Notes: generated by a model not told the origin, from the letters alone. Counted from the first letter of the stretch, positions 1 through 8,934 are shown. The stretch is 64,000 bases of DNA from Candidatus Omnitrophota bacterium (GCA_028699255.1 JAQVUX010000005.1:35944-99943), one strand, 5' to 3'. Program-made: numbers and translations.

Positions 1-257
1 GCGAGTATTATGATGATACCTCCCATAGTCGGTGTGCCCTGTTTATGTTTATGGAGATCGTATAACTGCTCGACATGTTCGCGCCTTATATTCTGTCCGA
101 AGTTTATTTCCTTGAGCCATCTGATTATCATCGGCCCGAATATAAGCGATATGAGAAATGCCGTCAAACTGGCCATCGCGGCCCTGAAGGTTATATACTT
201 GAATACGTTAAAACCGAACCAAAGATCGCGTAACGGATATAGTAAATAGTATAACAT
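1..257 (-). CDS. mraY: phospho-N-acetylmuramoyl-pentapeptide transferase MraY, N-terminal fragment (runs off window)
   Basis: Reverse-complement translation from the ATG at 257 gives MLYYLLYPLRDLWFGFNVFKYITFRAAMASLTAFLISLIFGPMIIRWLKE...GTPTMGGIIII. This matches the MraY N-terminus (FNVF.Y.TFRA...GTPTMGG). It lies directly downstream of murF, as in dcw clusters. Confidence 0.85.
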   Translation of the reverse strand, partial: MLYYLLYPLRDLWFGFNVFKYITFRAAMASLTAFLISLIFGPMIIRWLKEINFGQNIRREHVEQLYDLHKHKQGTPTMGGIIIIL

Positions 258-268
258 TTTTCTTCCCC

Positions 269-1648
269 TTAAATCTTTTGAAACTTCTCCAAAACCCGCT
301 CCATCTTCATACTGCGCGAGCCTTTAAATAATACTACGTCCCCTTTTTTTACCATCTTCTTCAGAAGCTTTGCTATCTCGTCATGCGATGAACAGTGCCA
401 CAACCTGTCGGGCGCCATCCCGCTCGACTTCGCCTGAGACAGCGTATATTTCGAGAGTTCCCCGAACGTCATAAGCCCGTCTGCGCCTGACTTCGCTATC
501 GCTTCACCTATCATTCTGTGAAACTTCTCGCTCTCCCGGCCCAATTCCAGCATATCGGCGCTCACGATCCATCTGGCGCGCGCCGGATAATGCTTAACTA
601 CTTCGATCGCGCGCATCATCGAAAGTGGATTAGAATTATATGAATCGTTTATTATGTCGACCCCGCGCGTCTTTACCGGCTCAAGCCGCATATTGGCCGG
701 CCTGTAATCCGACAGCGCCTCTCGCATAGCTTTATGCTCGATACCGAAATTGAGCGCGACCGCGATGGCCGCCAGCGCATTATAAACATTATGCTCACCT
801 AGGACGTTAAGGTCAAACTCCATCTTATTATTTACGATAAAACTTGTCTTCCAACTGCCGGAAGCAACCATCTTCGCCTTTAAAAAATTAGCGGCGGTAA
901 AACCGTATTTTACTATATCCAGGTTTTTATTTTTAATATTAGACAGAAATTTATCATCGCCGTTCAGGATAAGAAGGCCGCCTTTACGGATATACGGGAA
1001 TATCTCCGACTTCGCCTCGAATACGCCTCTAAGGCTCCCGAGAAATTCCAGATGCGACGGGCCTATGTTCGTCATCACCGCCGTAGTCGGCCGCGCGATC
1101 GCGGCGAGCAGGGCTATTTCGCCGTTGTGATTGGTGCCGAGCTCCAGCACGCATATCTGGTGGGTCTTATTAAGCCTCAAAAGCGTCAGAGGCACGCCTA
1201 TATGGTTATTCTGAGTGCCCTCGTTACGCAGTACATTATATTTCGTCGACAAAAGATGCCAGGCCATGTCCTTAACCGTCGTCTTGCCGTTCGAGCCGGT
1301 AACACACACAACCGGTATATTGAATTGCGCGCGATGATACGCGGCGATATCCTGTAAAGCCTTCGTCGTATCTGCGACCTGGATAATAACTTTGCCGTGC
1401 CGGGATCGAGCATAAAAATCTTTTACGCGACCCTGGTCTGACGATACGATAGCGCCGAGGGCGCCTTTCTTCAGGACCTCGGCGACGAAATCATTGCCAT
1501 CAAAGTTCGCGCCTTTAAGCGCGACGAATAGATCTTCCTTCGATATATTTCTGGAATCGGTAGATATGCGCGACGGGCCTATCGCCGATTCCGGATCGCC
1601 CGATAATAATTTCCCGCGTGTTATACTTACAATCTCTTTTACCGTCAT
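269..1648 (-). CDS. murF: UDP-MurNAc-pentapeptide synthetase (D-Ala-D-Ala adding enzyme)
   Basis: 459 aa ORF with a Mur ligase P-loop (GSNGKTT). It overlaps murE by 4 nt and sits in dcw-cluster order. Confidence 0.9.
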   Translation of the reverse strand: MTVKEIVSITRGKLLSGDPESAIGPSRISTDSRNISKEDLFVALKGANFDGNDFVAEVLKKGALGAIVSSDQGRVKDFYARSRHGKVIIQVADTTKALQDIAAYHRAQFNIPVVCVTGSNGKTTVKDMAWHLLSTKYNVLRNEGTQNNHIGVPLTLLRLNKTHQICVLELGTNHNGEIALLAAIARPTTAVMTNIGPSHLEFLGSLRGVFEAKSEIFPYIRKGGLLILNGDDKFLSNIKNKNLDIVKYGFTAANFLKAKMVASGSWKTSFIVNNKMEFDLNVLGEHNVYNALAAIAVALNFGIEHKAMREALSDYRPANMRLEPVKTRGVDIINDSYNSNPLSMMRAIEVVKHYPARARWIVSADMLELGRESEKFHRMIGEAIAKSGADGLMTFGELSKYTLSQAKSSGMAPDRLWHCSSHDEIAKLLKKMVKKGDVVLFKGSRSMKMERVLEKFQKI

Positions 1649-3114
1649 TTCCGCCTTGCGCTCCTCGATCCCAAATTTTCTTTTACAACTTCACGATCGT
1701 CGAAATGCAGTACCTTATCCTTCACGATCTGATAATTCTCGTGGCCTTTGCCGGCTATGACAACTATACTGCCGTCTCCGGCGATACTCAACGCCTTACC
1801 TATCGCCTTTCGCCTATCCGGTTCCGTTTCGTAATTTAAAAAACAACCCTTCACGCCGGCCAAAATATCGCCGATTATGGCATCGGGTTCTTCGAATCTC
1901 GGATTGTCGGAAGTTATTATAACACGATCTGACAATTTACAGGCGACTTTGCCCATGAGCGGCCGCTTTGTCTTGTCTCTATTGCCGCCACAGCCGAATA
2001 CGGTCACCACGGGAGCCTTCGAGACCTCTTTTATCATCGACAACATATTATACAGCGCGTCTTCCGTATGGGCAAAATCGACAAATACTTTAAACGGCCG
2101 ATCACATTCCACCGTCTCGAGCCTGCCCGGCACGTTCTTAAGCGCTTCTATGCCTCTTTTTATCGTTTCAAAATCCAGTCCGGCGTCGTAACATACAGCG
2201 GTCGCGGCAAGAATATTCGAGACGTTATACCTTCCCACCAACGGACTTGAAACATTAAAAACGCCTTTCGGCGTCACGACGCAAAAGCGCGAACCATCAA
2301 GCGACAATCTGATATCCCTGGCCATTATGTCAGGATTACCCGCCAATCCGTAAGTGATCGTACGCTTGAGCGTCGCGCCTTTCAGCGACGCGACTTTCGG
2401 GTCATCCGTATTCAGTATCGCAACCCCTCCACCCTTCAATCTTTCGAATATTCCGGCCTTCGCCTTAAAATAATCCTCGACCGTCTTATGATAATCAAGA
2501 TGTTCGGGCGTTATATTCGTGAACACAGCCGCGTCATACAGGATAGAATCAACGCGCCCCTGGTCCAGCGCGTGACTCGATACCTCCATAACTACGTGCG
2601 TAACCGCCTCCTGCGCCATGCCGGCGAGTATCGACTGCAGTTCGAGCGGGCCCGGCGTCGTATTTACCGCCGGCGTTACCTTGCCGAGCGCTCGATAGTT
2701 TATCGTGCCGATCACTCCCGGTTCTTTACGCGCCGCGCGCAATATGCTCTCGATCAGATACGTTATCGTCGTCTTGCCGTTTGTGCCGGTAATGCCCACC
2801 ATCTTCATCCTGCGTGATGGGTGGCCATAAAAATTATCCGCCATTACAGGCAGAGCCTTGCGCGTATCTTCAACCAGTATCTTTACTATATCGTCAGGCG
2901 CGTTAAAATCTTTTTCCGACACTACCGCGGCCGCGCCTTTCGCCAGAGCGTCGCCTATAAAAACATATCCGTCTGCGCCGTACCCACGAAACGCCACGAA
3001 AAGATCGCCGCTACGGACAGATCTAGAGTCGTTCGTCATCCGGCCAAAAGATGTTTCCGCGGGGCCGCCTGACAGCTTATATTCAATTCCCTTTAAAAGT
3101 TCTACCGGGAGCAT
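1645..3114 (-). CDS. murE: UDP-MurNAc-tripeptide synthetase (adds the diamino acid)
   Basis: 489 aa Mur ligase with GTNGKTT and a DNPR motif at the C-terminus. It lies between ftsI and murF. Confidence 0.9.
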   Translation of the reverse strand: MLPVELLKGIEYKLSGGPAETSFGRMTNDSRSVRSGDLFVAFRGYGADGYVFIGDALAKGAAAVVSEKDFNAPDDIVKILVEDTRKALPVMADNFYGHPSRRMKMVGITGTNGKTTITYLIESILRAARKEPGVIGTINYRALGKVTPAVNTTPGPLELQSILAGMAQEAVTHVVMEVSSHALDQGRVDSILYDAAVFTNITPEHLDYHKTVEDYFKAKAGIFERLKGGGVAILNTDDPKVASLKGATLKRTITYGLAGNPDIMARDIRLSLDGSRFCVVTPKGVFNVSSPLVGRYNVSNILAATAVCYDAGLDFETIKRGIEALKNVPGRLETVECDRPFKVFVDFAHTEDALYNMLSMIKEVSKAPVVTVFGCGGNRDKTKRPLMGKVACKLSDRVIITSDNPRFEEPDAIIGDILAGVKGCFLNYETEPDRRKAIGKALSIAGDGSIVVIAGKGHENYQIVKDKVLHFDDREVVKENLGSRSARRK

Positions 3115-4792
3115 ACACGCCCTTCGCGTTCAAATATTTGAGAGAATCATCCACAACTTTTTTAAATACCGGCGCCGCCACGTCTCCGCCGTAATACACC
3201 GGGCGCGGCTCATCCACACATACCGCCACAGCCAATACCGGGTTCTCGACCGGCGCAAACCCTATAAACGACGCCACAAACCGGTCGTGCGAATAAACGC
3301 CTCCCGGCTCCACCTTCTGCGCGGTCCCCGTTTTACCTCCGGTGGAATAATCTTCTATGCGCGCCTTCTTACCGGTGCCGCTGGTCACAACCCCCATCAA
3401 TATACTGCGCATCTTCATCACAGTCTGCGTCGACAGCACCCGCCTCCGTATAACCGGTTGAATATCCTTCACAATCTGACCCTTGGGATCAAGTATCCTT
3501 TTTACAACTCTGGGCCTGACCAGATAACCATTATCCGCGATTACCGCGATGGCACACGCAAGCTGGATCGCAGTAGTGGTAACCTCCTGCCCCATCGGTA
3601 TCGCGTACATGCTCGAACCGGACCATTTCGATATATTTCTGTTCATCCCGGAAACTTCACCCGGGAGATCTATACCCGTCTTTTCGCGAATGCCGAATGC
3701 CTCAATGTACTTGAACATACCTTTCGCGCCCAGAAGACTGGCCGCCTTTACCGTACCTATATTACTGGAAACTTCTATCACTTCTTTAAACGGCAGGACG
3801 CCATGCGGCGTATGGTCATGCAATATCCTTCTGCCGATCTTCCACTGTCCATTTTCACAATCGAACTTCGTCTGGAATGTAACCAACTTCTCCTCCAGAA
3901 GGCCGCTCGCCGCGACTATTTTGAAGACGCTTCCCGGTTCGAAGAAATCGTTGATGGCCCTGTTACGTACCGCGTCGGCGGCGCGCTTGCCCGGATTATT
4001 GAGGTCAAAATTCGGAAAGTTCGCGAGCGCCAGGATATCCCCGGTCCGCGGATCCATCACCACTATAGACGCGCCCTTGGCGTTGTATTTGTCGTACATC
4101 TTGTAGAGTTCGCGTTCAGCGATATTTTGTATCACCTCGTCGATGGTGAGCACCAGCCCAAAACCGTCTTTGGCGGGTATGAATTCATACTGGTAGGATT
4201 CGAGTAGTTTTCTTTTCGCATCCTGAGTGGATATAAGCCAACCGCTCTCACCCTTCAGATATTTATTGTATAAAAGCTCCAAACCTTCGAGGCCTACGTT
4301 ATCTATATTGACGGTCCCTATCGCATGGCAGGCCAGGGACTTGTCGGGATAAAACCTCTTCGACTCCTTTATTACCGCCACTCCGGGTATCTTAAGCTTT
4401 TTGATCTCGAGCTCTTCCTGCGGCGATATCTTCCTTTTTATCCACACGAAGGCCTTGTCCCTGGAAAGACGCTGGAGAATATACGAGTCGCTTAAATTTA
4501 ATATTCCGGCAAGTTTTTTTGCTACAGCTTTCTTATCTTTGACCTCGCGGGAATTGACAAAGACGGAATTGCTGTTGAGGTTCACGGCCAGAACGCGCAT
4601 CGAGGAATCGTATATGGTACCGCGCGTGGGAGGTATTTCGACTGAAACGGTATGTTGCTCGTTGGCCAGATTATAATAGAACTTGTGCTTTAATACCTGG
4701 AGATAGAAAAGACGTATGATAAGAACCGCGAGGGCTATGAAGAACAGGACAAATACGGCGATCTGCCGTGATCGGGACTTTCCGCTATGCAC
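3083..4792 (-). CDS. ftsI: class B penicillin-binding protein / peptidoglycan D,D-transpeptidase FtsI
   Basis: 569 aa with an N-terminal TM helix, an SVFK (SxxK) motif, an SSN-like (SxN) motif and KTG(T). It sits in the dcw position after ftsL. Confidence 0.9.
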   Translation of the reverse strand: MHSGKSRSRQIAVFVLFFIALAVLIIRLFYLQVLKHKFYYNLANEQHTVSVEIPPTRGTIYDSSMRVLAVNLNSNSVFVNSREVKDKKAVAKKLAGILNLSDSYILQRLSRDKAFVWIKRKISPQEELEIKKLKIPGVAVIKESKRFYPDKSLACHAIGTVNIDNVGLEGLELLYNKYLKGESGWLISTQDAKRKLLESYQYEFIPAKDGFGLVLTIDEVIQNIAERELYKMYDKYNAKGASIVVMDPRTGDILALANFPNFDLNNPGKRAADAVRNRAINDFFEPGSVFKIVAASGLLEEKLVTFQTKFDCENGQWKIGRRILHDHTPHGVLPFKEVIEVSSNIGTVKAASLLGAKGMFKYIEAFGIREKTGIDLPGEVSGMNRNISKWSGSSMYAIPMGQEVTTTAIQLACAIAVIADNGYLVRPRVVKRILDPKGQIVKDIQPVIRRRVLSTQTVMKMRSILMGVVTSGTGKKARIEDYSTGGKTGTAQKVEPGGVYSHDRFVASFIGFAPVENPVLAVAVCVDEPRPVYYGGDVAAPVFKKVVDDSLKYLNAKGVYAPGRTFKGN

Positions 4793-4805
4793 GAATTTTT
4801 ACCGC

Positions 4806-5189
4806 CTATCGCTCCCTGGCCTGAGCCTCAGCCCTTGGCCCTAGGAAGTCGACGATACCTGAAAAACTAAACCTTCTGTCGATTGAACTTGCGCGAACAC
4901 CTTCCGAAGCGCTCCCCGAAGTCAATCTTGCCACTTTAACGACGTTATGCCTGCCGGGAAGCCCTACATCTATATTCTTTGATAACAAAACTTTCTCCAA
5001 ACGGGAAGGCGCCTCAAGATTATTGATATTATAATCCAGGCGGCCCTTATGGTCAAGCATCTCCTTGAGTTTTTTCTCTTTGGTCTCGATAGAATAACTC
5101 AATTTTACGAGTTCCACCTGCTGGTGCACATATACCAGCGCGACAAGCGTCATGACCATTATGCCTGCTACCGATTTCAATAACCTCAT
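4806..5189 (-). CDS. ftsL: cell division protein FtsL-like (small bitopic membrane protein)
   Basis: 127 aa with one N-terminal TM helix and a coiled-coil segment, located between rsmH and ftsI. Confidence 0.6.
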   Translation of the reverse strand: MRLLKSVAGIMVMTLVALVYVHQQVELVKLSYSIETKEKKLKEMLDHKGRLDYNINNLEAPSRLEKVLLSKNIDVGLPGRHNVVKVARLTSGSASEGVRASSIDRRFSFSGIVDFLGPRAEAQARER

Positions 5190-5194
5190 TATCT

Positions 5195-6076
5195 CTATAT
5201 CCTTTCCGCGATCCTCAACCGGCCGCTTCGCGACCTGGGATTCCGGACTATCTCTTCGGGCGAAGCGCCAAGCGGCTTCTTCGTTATAATCCTGAGGACT
5301 CCGAGAGCCGCATAACCTTTAAACAGGTTTTTGACTATTCGATCTTCAAGAGAATGAAACGATATTACCGCTATTCTTGCGCCTATATCAAGCCAGGAAA
5401 CGGATTTTTTTATACCTTCTTCCAGCGCCGCAAGTTCATCGTTGACCGCTATCCTTATCGCCTGAAATGTCCTGGTGGCGGGATCTATCTTAAAATTCTT
5501 GCGGTTGCGCCCTATCGCCCGCCGCACTATCTCCGCCAATTCCGTTGTCGTCTCTATCGGCTTTTTCGAACGTTCTTCGATTATTCGTTTTGCGATCTTT
5601 CTCGAAAGCCGCTCTTCGCCATATTTATATATAATATCAGAAAGATCCTGCTCTTTGTACCTATTTATTATCTCAAACGCGCTTATTTCAAGATTCCGGT
5701 TCATCCTCATGTCCAGGCGCGCATCGTCTTTTATGCTGAACCCTCTGGCGCTGTCATCAAGCTGGAATGATGAAACGCCCACATCTAAAATCACCGCGTT
5801 GAGCATCTTTACATTTTCTTTAGAAAGAACCCTGTCGATATTTCTAAAATTTTCATTTATAAGCCGGAAACTACCGGTAAATTCTTTCAGGTTTTCGGAA
5901 GCCGTTTTTATGGCAACCTCATCTGCGTCCAATCCTATCAACAGACCGCCGGGCGTTATCCGCCTTAATATCTCTTTAGAGTGCCCGCCCCCGCCTACCG
6001 TGGCATCGAGCACAACATCCCCGCGTTTCAAGTTCAAAGAACTTATAACTTCCTCAAGCATCACCGGCTGGTGCAC
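5195..6076 (-). CDS. rsmH: 16S rRNA (cytosine1402-N4)-methyltransferase RsmH/MraW
   Basis: 293 aa with a DATVGGGGHS SAM-binding motif. It is the second gene of the dcw cluster. Confidence 0.9.
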   Translation of the reverse strand: MHQPVMLEEVISSLNLKRGDVVLDATVGGGGHSKEILRRITPGGLLIGLDADEVAIKTASENLKEFTGSFRLINENFRNIDRVLSKENVKMLNAVILDVGVSSFQLDDSARGFSIKDDARLDMRMNRNLEISAFEIINRYKEQDLSDIIYKYGEERLSRKIAKRIIEERSKKPIETTTELAEIVRRAIGRNRKNFKIDPATRTFQAIRIAVNDELAALEEGIKKSVSWLDIGARIAVISFHSLEDRIVKNLFKGYAALGVLRIITKKPLGASPEEIVRNPRSRSGRLRIAERI

Positions 6077-6111
6077 AACGCAAGACCCTTCATTATTATA
6101 GCTTCATTATC

Positions 6112-6291
6112 TTACTTCAGTAAAAGGCTCATCCGGTTCGAAACCGGCTTCCTGGACGCCTGACTGTCAATACCCAGATATGAAAGGTCACAGCCAAGAG
6201 CCCTCGCCTTCCGGATCCTCTCGATGCACGTCTCGTTGTCCGTGTTACAATAGCGTTCGGCTTTTTCGACCCTTGTTTGCCTGGGACTCAT
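6112..6291 (-). CDS. hypothetical small basic protein (59 aa) between mraZ and rsmH
   Basis: An internal ATG at 6291 is preceded by GGAGG (6298-6302) at a 6-nt spacing. It encodes MSPRQTRVEKAERYCNTDNETCIERIRKARALGC..., which fills an otherwise unexplained 260-nt gap inside the dcw operon. Confidence 0.35.
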   Translation of the reverse strand: MSPRQTRVEKAERYCNTDNETCIERIRKARALGCDLSYLGIDSQASRKPVSNRMSLLLK

Positions 6292-6336
6292 AACGCACCT
6301 CCACGGCTTAACCTGAAACATCGCTTCCGGTTAAGC

Positions 6337-6780
6337 TCAGCTTTCTTCGGTCATCAGCTTTTCTGCTATGTCTTCGAACGACTCTTTAGAGCTATTATAA
6401 TACTCACGCCACGCGTCTTGGGACCAGACCTCTATCCTGTTCGATACTCCGATTATCATCACGTCTCTTTTAATCGAGGCGTAATCTTTCAAATACTTCG
6501 GTATCAGTATCCTCCCCTGCTTGTCGCACTCGATCTCGCTCGCCCCGGAAAAATATAACCGGTTGAACTTTCTCGATTCGGACTTGGTAAAGGACACCGA
6601 CTTGAACTTCGACTCCTGAGTTTTCCATTCGTTCTCCGTAAATAGAAAAAGGCATTTATCCAATCCTCTGGTTATATAGAATTTCTCTATGTCATATTCC
6701 TTGAAGGATTCGCGGAATTTGGAAGGTATGATAAGCCTTCCCTTTTTATCTATGGTGTGTTCATATTCACCATAAAACAT
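6337..6780 (-). CDS. mraZ: transcriptional regulator MraZ
   Basis: 147 aa. It is the first gene of the dcw cluster, GGAGG lies 8 nt upstream of the ATG, and the protein shows a duplicated MraZ-fold arrangement. Confidence 0.85.
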   Translation of the reverse strand: MFYGEYEHTIDKKGRLIIPSKFRESFKEYDIEKFYITRGLDKCLFLFTENEWKTQESKFKSVSFTKSESRKFNRLYFSGASEIECDKQGRILIPKYLKDYASIKRDVMIIGVSNRIEVWSQDAWREYYNSSKESFEDIAEKLMTEES

Positions 6781-6828
6781 ATTTTGCGCTCCTCCATTTT
6801 AAACCACTTTCAACCACTATATGGTAGA

Positions 6829-6857
6829 AGTATACACTATATGCATTTTCTTGTCAA
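6829..6857 (-). promoter_or_regulatory. sigma-70 promoter of the mraZ/dcw operon (TTGACA-N17-TATACT)
   Basis: On the minus strand, TTGACA maps to 6852-6857 and TATACT to 6829-6834, with a 17-nt spacer. It lies 48 nt upstream of the mraZ RBS. Confidence 0.7.
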
Positions 6858-6868
6858 CAAAAGATACA

Positions 6869-6896
6869 AAAAAATGTAGGGCACCTTTAAAGATGC
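6869..6896 (-). terminator. rho-independent terminator of rnpB (hairpin TGTAGGGCA...TGCCCTACA plus a T7 run)
   Basis: A 9-bp stem with a 10-nt loop is followed on the minus strand by TTTTTTTGTATC. It lies immediately 3' of the rnpB P1 helix and overlaps the -35 region of the mraZ promoter. Confidence 0.6.
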
Positions 6897-6910
6897 CCTA
6901 CATTTAATTA

Positions 6911-7386
6911 TTTGAAGAAGTCGGCCTATAAGCCGGGTTCTGTCCGCCATATACCATTCGGCGCAATGCGCCTCAAATACATGACAGGATATTCATCTAT
7001 CTGGCCCCGCCATTACTGACGGGGTCTAGCGACCTTACCCGCCTCGACACCGACGTATTTTCGATAGGAGCGAGCAACTCCTGATTCGAGGCCTATTTGG
7101 TCTTGCTCCGCGCAGAGATTGCCTCGTTTCACCCTGTCCCGCTTTTGGCGAAACAGACTCGTCTCTGTGGCTCTTGCCGTCGTCAAAAACGACGGCACGC
7201 GCTATAACGCTTTGTCGACGTCAGAGACGTCGACATGCGCGGGCAATATCAGAGATATTGCCCAGCACAATCCTCACCTTTCGATGGGCGGTCGTTAACC
7301 GCTGCGCCGCTCTCCGGAGCCCGGACTTTCCTCCCTAACCCTTTACTTCCGTAAAGCGCAAGGCGAATATCCGGCCGGCTTCTTCA
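6911..7386 (-). ncRNA. rnpB: RNase P RNA, bacterial type A
   Basis: The minus strand carries GGGAGGAAAGTCCGGGCTCC (P4 5' half) near 7320-7340, AGGGTGAAACGAGG, and ACAGAACCCGGCTTATAGGCCGACTTCTTC near 6914-6945. The 3' P1 strand pairs with GAAGAAGCCGGCC at the 5' end. No ORF is required to explain this region. Confidence 0.9.
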
Positions 7387-7454
7387 AAATAAACTTGGCC
7401 TCGGTCAGAGACCTCGGCACTTAGCCATCACTGTGGCTTATAAACTTTGAAATT

Positions 7455-7871
7455 TTATATAAGAAATTTAAGATTGATGGCTTTGTTTACGAGCTTATCC
7501 GCTTCTTTATTCTGCGAGCGATCTATGTGCCGGATTTCAAAAGACCCGAAATGCTTAAGAGCGGTTACCGCTTTTTCAAACAACGGCTTTATGTCTACGC
7601 TCTTTACCTTATATTCACCGCTCAACTGCTTAACCACCAGTTCGCTGTCGAGATTAATGACAATTTTATCAGCTCCCAGCTTTCTGGCCTCTTCGAGACC
7701 GCATATCAACGCATTATATTCCGCGTTGTTATTAGTAGCCTCACCGATATATTTGTAAACCTCACCGACTCTCTTCTTTTTAGAATCGAATATTACGGCA
7801 CCTATGCCGGCTGGCCCGGGATTACCTCGCGCACCGCCATCGGCATATAGGAAAAATGTTTCATTCTTCAA
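7455..7871 (-). CDS. rnhA: ribonuclease HI
   Basis: 138 aa with LYADGGARGNPGPAGIGAVI and NNAEYNALICGLE motifs (DEDD catalytic core). Confidence 0.85.
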   Translation of the reverse strand: MKNETFFLYADGGARGNPGPAGIGAVIFDSKKKRVGEVYKYIGEATNNNAEYNALICGLEEARKLGADKIVINLDSELVVKQLSGEYKVKSVDIKPLFEKAVTALKHFGSFEIRHIDRSQNKEADKLVNKAINLKFLI

Positions 7872-8574
7872 GATACAATATCCTCGAGCAGTTGTCGCAT
7901 AGGACGAGCTCGCTATTCATCTTCACTTCATTAACCACCTGAGGCGGAAGCACCCTGAAACAGCCCTGACAGACTTCATCGGCAATAGTAACTACGGCCA
8001 GGCCGCCCTTATTTTTTACTATAATTTCATATTTTTTCAATATGTTTTTTTCGACCTTTGCGGCGAGACCTTCCCGCTGGGCCTTTAAAGCTCCCATTTC
8101 GGATTTTATGCGCGAGGATTCATCGGCGAGGCGCTTCTTCTCTTCGTTGAATTTTGCCTCTTCCGATTTTAAGAACTCTTTCTCTTTGGCTATCCGCTTA
8201 TTCTCCGCGTCCACCTGGTCGAATATATTCAGGATCGCTTCTTCTATAATCGAATTGTCGGATTTTATGCGCCCTATCTCTTCCTGTAGCGCCGTATATT
8301 CTTTGTTCGTCTTTACCTGGTTGAGTTGCTGTTGATATTTCTTTATGTTTCCTTCTTTCGCCTCAAGGTCGCCCTCTTTCTCTTTGCGCTTTAACTGGAG
8401 CGTTTTCAGCTCATCCTCAAATTTTTTTAATTCAACACTCTTATCTTTAAACTCCGCTTCCTTATTTTTGATAATCTCCGGGATAGAGTCAAACTCATCC
8501 TGAAGCCTGAATATATTGGTATCCAGCCCCTGCAGTTCAACGAGTAATTTTATTTGGTCTTTTAAGTTTTCCAT
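7861..8574 (-). CDS. COG1579-type zinc-ribbon coiled-coil protein
   Basis: 237 aa. It is almost entirely heptad-repeat coiled coil and has a C-terminal C4 zinc ribbon (CQGCFRV...CDNCSRIL). Confidence 0.7.
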   Translation of the reverse strand: MENLKDQIKLLVELQGLDTNIFRLQDEFDSIPEIIKNKEAEFKDKSVELKKFEDELKTLQLKRKEKEGDLEAKEGNIKKYQQQLNQVKTNKEYTALQEEIGRIKSDNSIIEEAILNIFDQVDAENKRIAKEKEFLKSEEAKFNEEKKRLADESSRIKSEMGALKAQREGLAAKVEKNILKKYEIIVKNKGGLAVVTIADEVCQGCFRVLPPQVVNEVKMNSELVLCDNCSRILYLEE

Positions 8575-8583
8575 AATTTTAGA

Positions 8584-8660
8584 TGGTGGACGCGAGGGGA
8601 CTTGAACCTCTGACCTCTGCGATGTGAGCGCAGCGCTCTAACCAGCTGAGCTACGCGTCC
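8584..8660 (-). tRNA. tRNA-Val (anticodon CAC)
   Basis: The reverse complement GGACGCGTAGCTCAGCTGGTTAGAGCGCTGCGCTCACATCGCAGAGGTCAGAGGTTCAAGTCCCCTCGCGTCCACCA folds as a cloverleaf with one A-C mismatch in the T stem. The CCA end is encoded. Confidence 0.85.
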
Positions 8661-8699
8661 CCAGGGTTTTTATTTTCTGAACCCTCGGTTTTCCTCAAA

Positions 8700-8932
8700 A
8701 TTTCCGGAGAAAATTTCATAGAAAATCGAAGTATCTTAGACTCCAGGACCCGAAAACTTTCTTCGAAAAGTTTTATCAATATACCGATTTTTCAGAGAAA
8801 AATCGGTATATCTTAGACTCCAGGACCTGAAAATCTTTTTCGAAAGATTTTCGTTAATCCTAATTTTTCGGAGAAAAATTAGGATATCTTAGACTCCAGG
8901 ACCCGAAAACTTTCTTCGAAAAGTTTTCGGAG
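8700..8932. repeat. array of 3 units of a tRNA-proximal structured repeat (hairpin - TATCTTAGACTCCAGGACC core - hairpin)
   Basis: Three about 80-bp units lie between tRNA-Met and tRNA-Val. The core is identical in all three. The hairpin stems differ but stay complementary: ccgatttttCAGAGaaaaatcgg versus cctaatttttCGGAGaaaaattagg, and gaaaactttCTTCGAaaagttttc versus gaaaatctttTTCGaaagattttc. Confidence 0.8.
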
Positions 8933-8934
8933 TA

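Noticed and set aside
2858-4207. 449-aa plus-strand ORF antisense to ftsI/murE
   Set aside because: Arg/His-rich low-complexity translation with no RBS, lying entirely inside two well-supported minus-strand genes. Typical antisense artefact.
7013-7198. 61-aa ORF inside the RNase P RNA gene
   Set aside because: The region is fully explained by conserved rnpB motifs.
8700-8932. CRISPR array interpretation of the repeat-plus-variable units near the tRNAs
   Set aside because: The variable parts are self-complementary hairpins with compensatory changes, not unique spacers. The unit periodicity is not that of a conserved-repeat/unique-spacer array, and no cas genes are nearby.
8700-8932. Sigma-70 or sigma-54 promoter reading of the conserved core TTAGACTCCAGGACC
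   Set aside because: No acceptable -10 element sits at 16-18 nt, and there is no GG-N10-GC spacing. The orientation relative to the tRNAs also argues against a tRNA promoter role.
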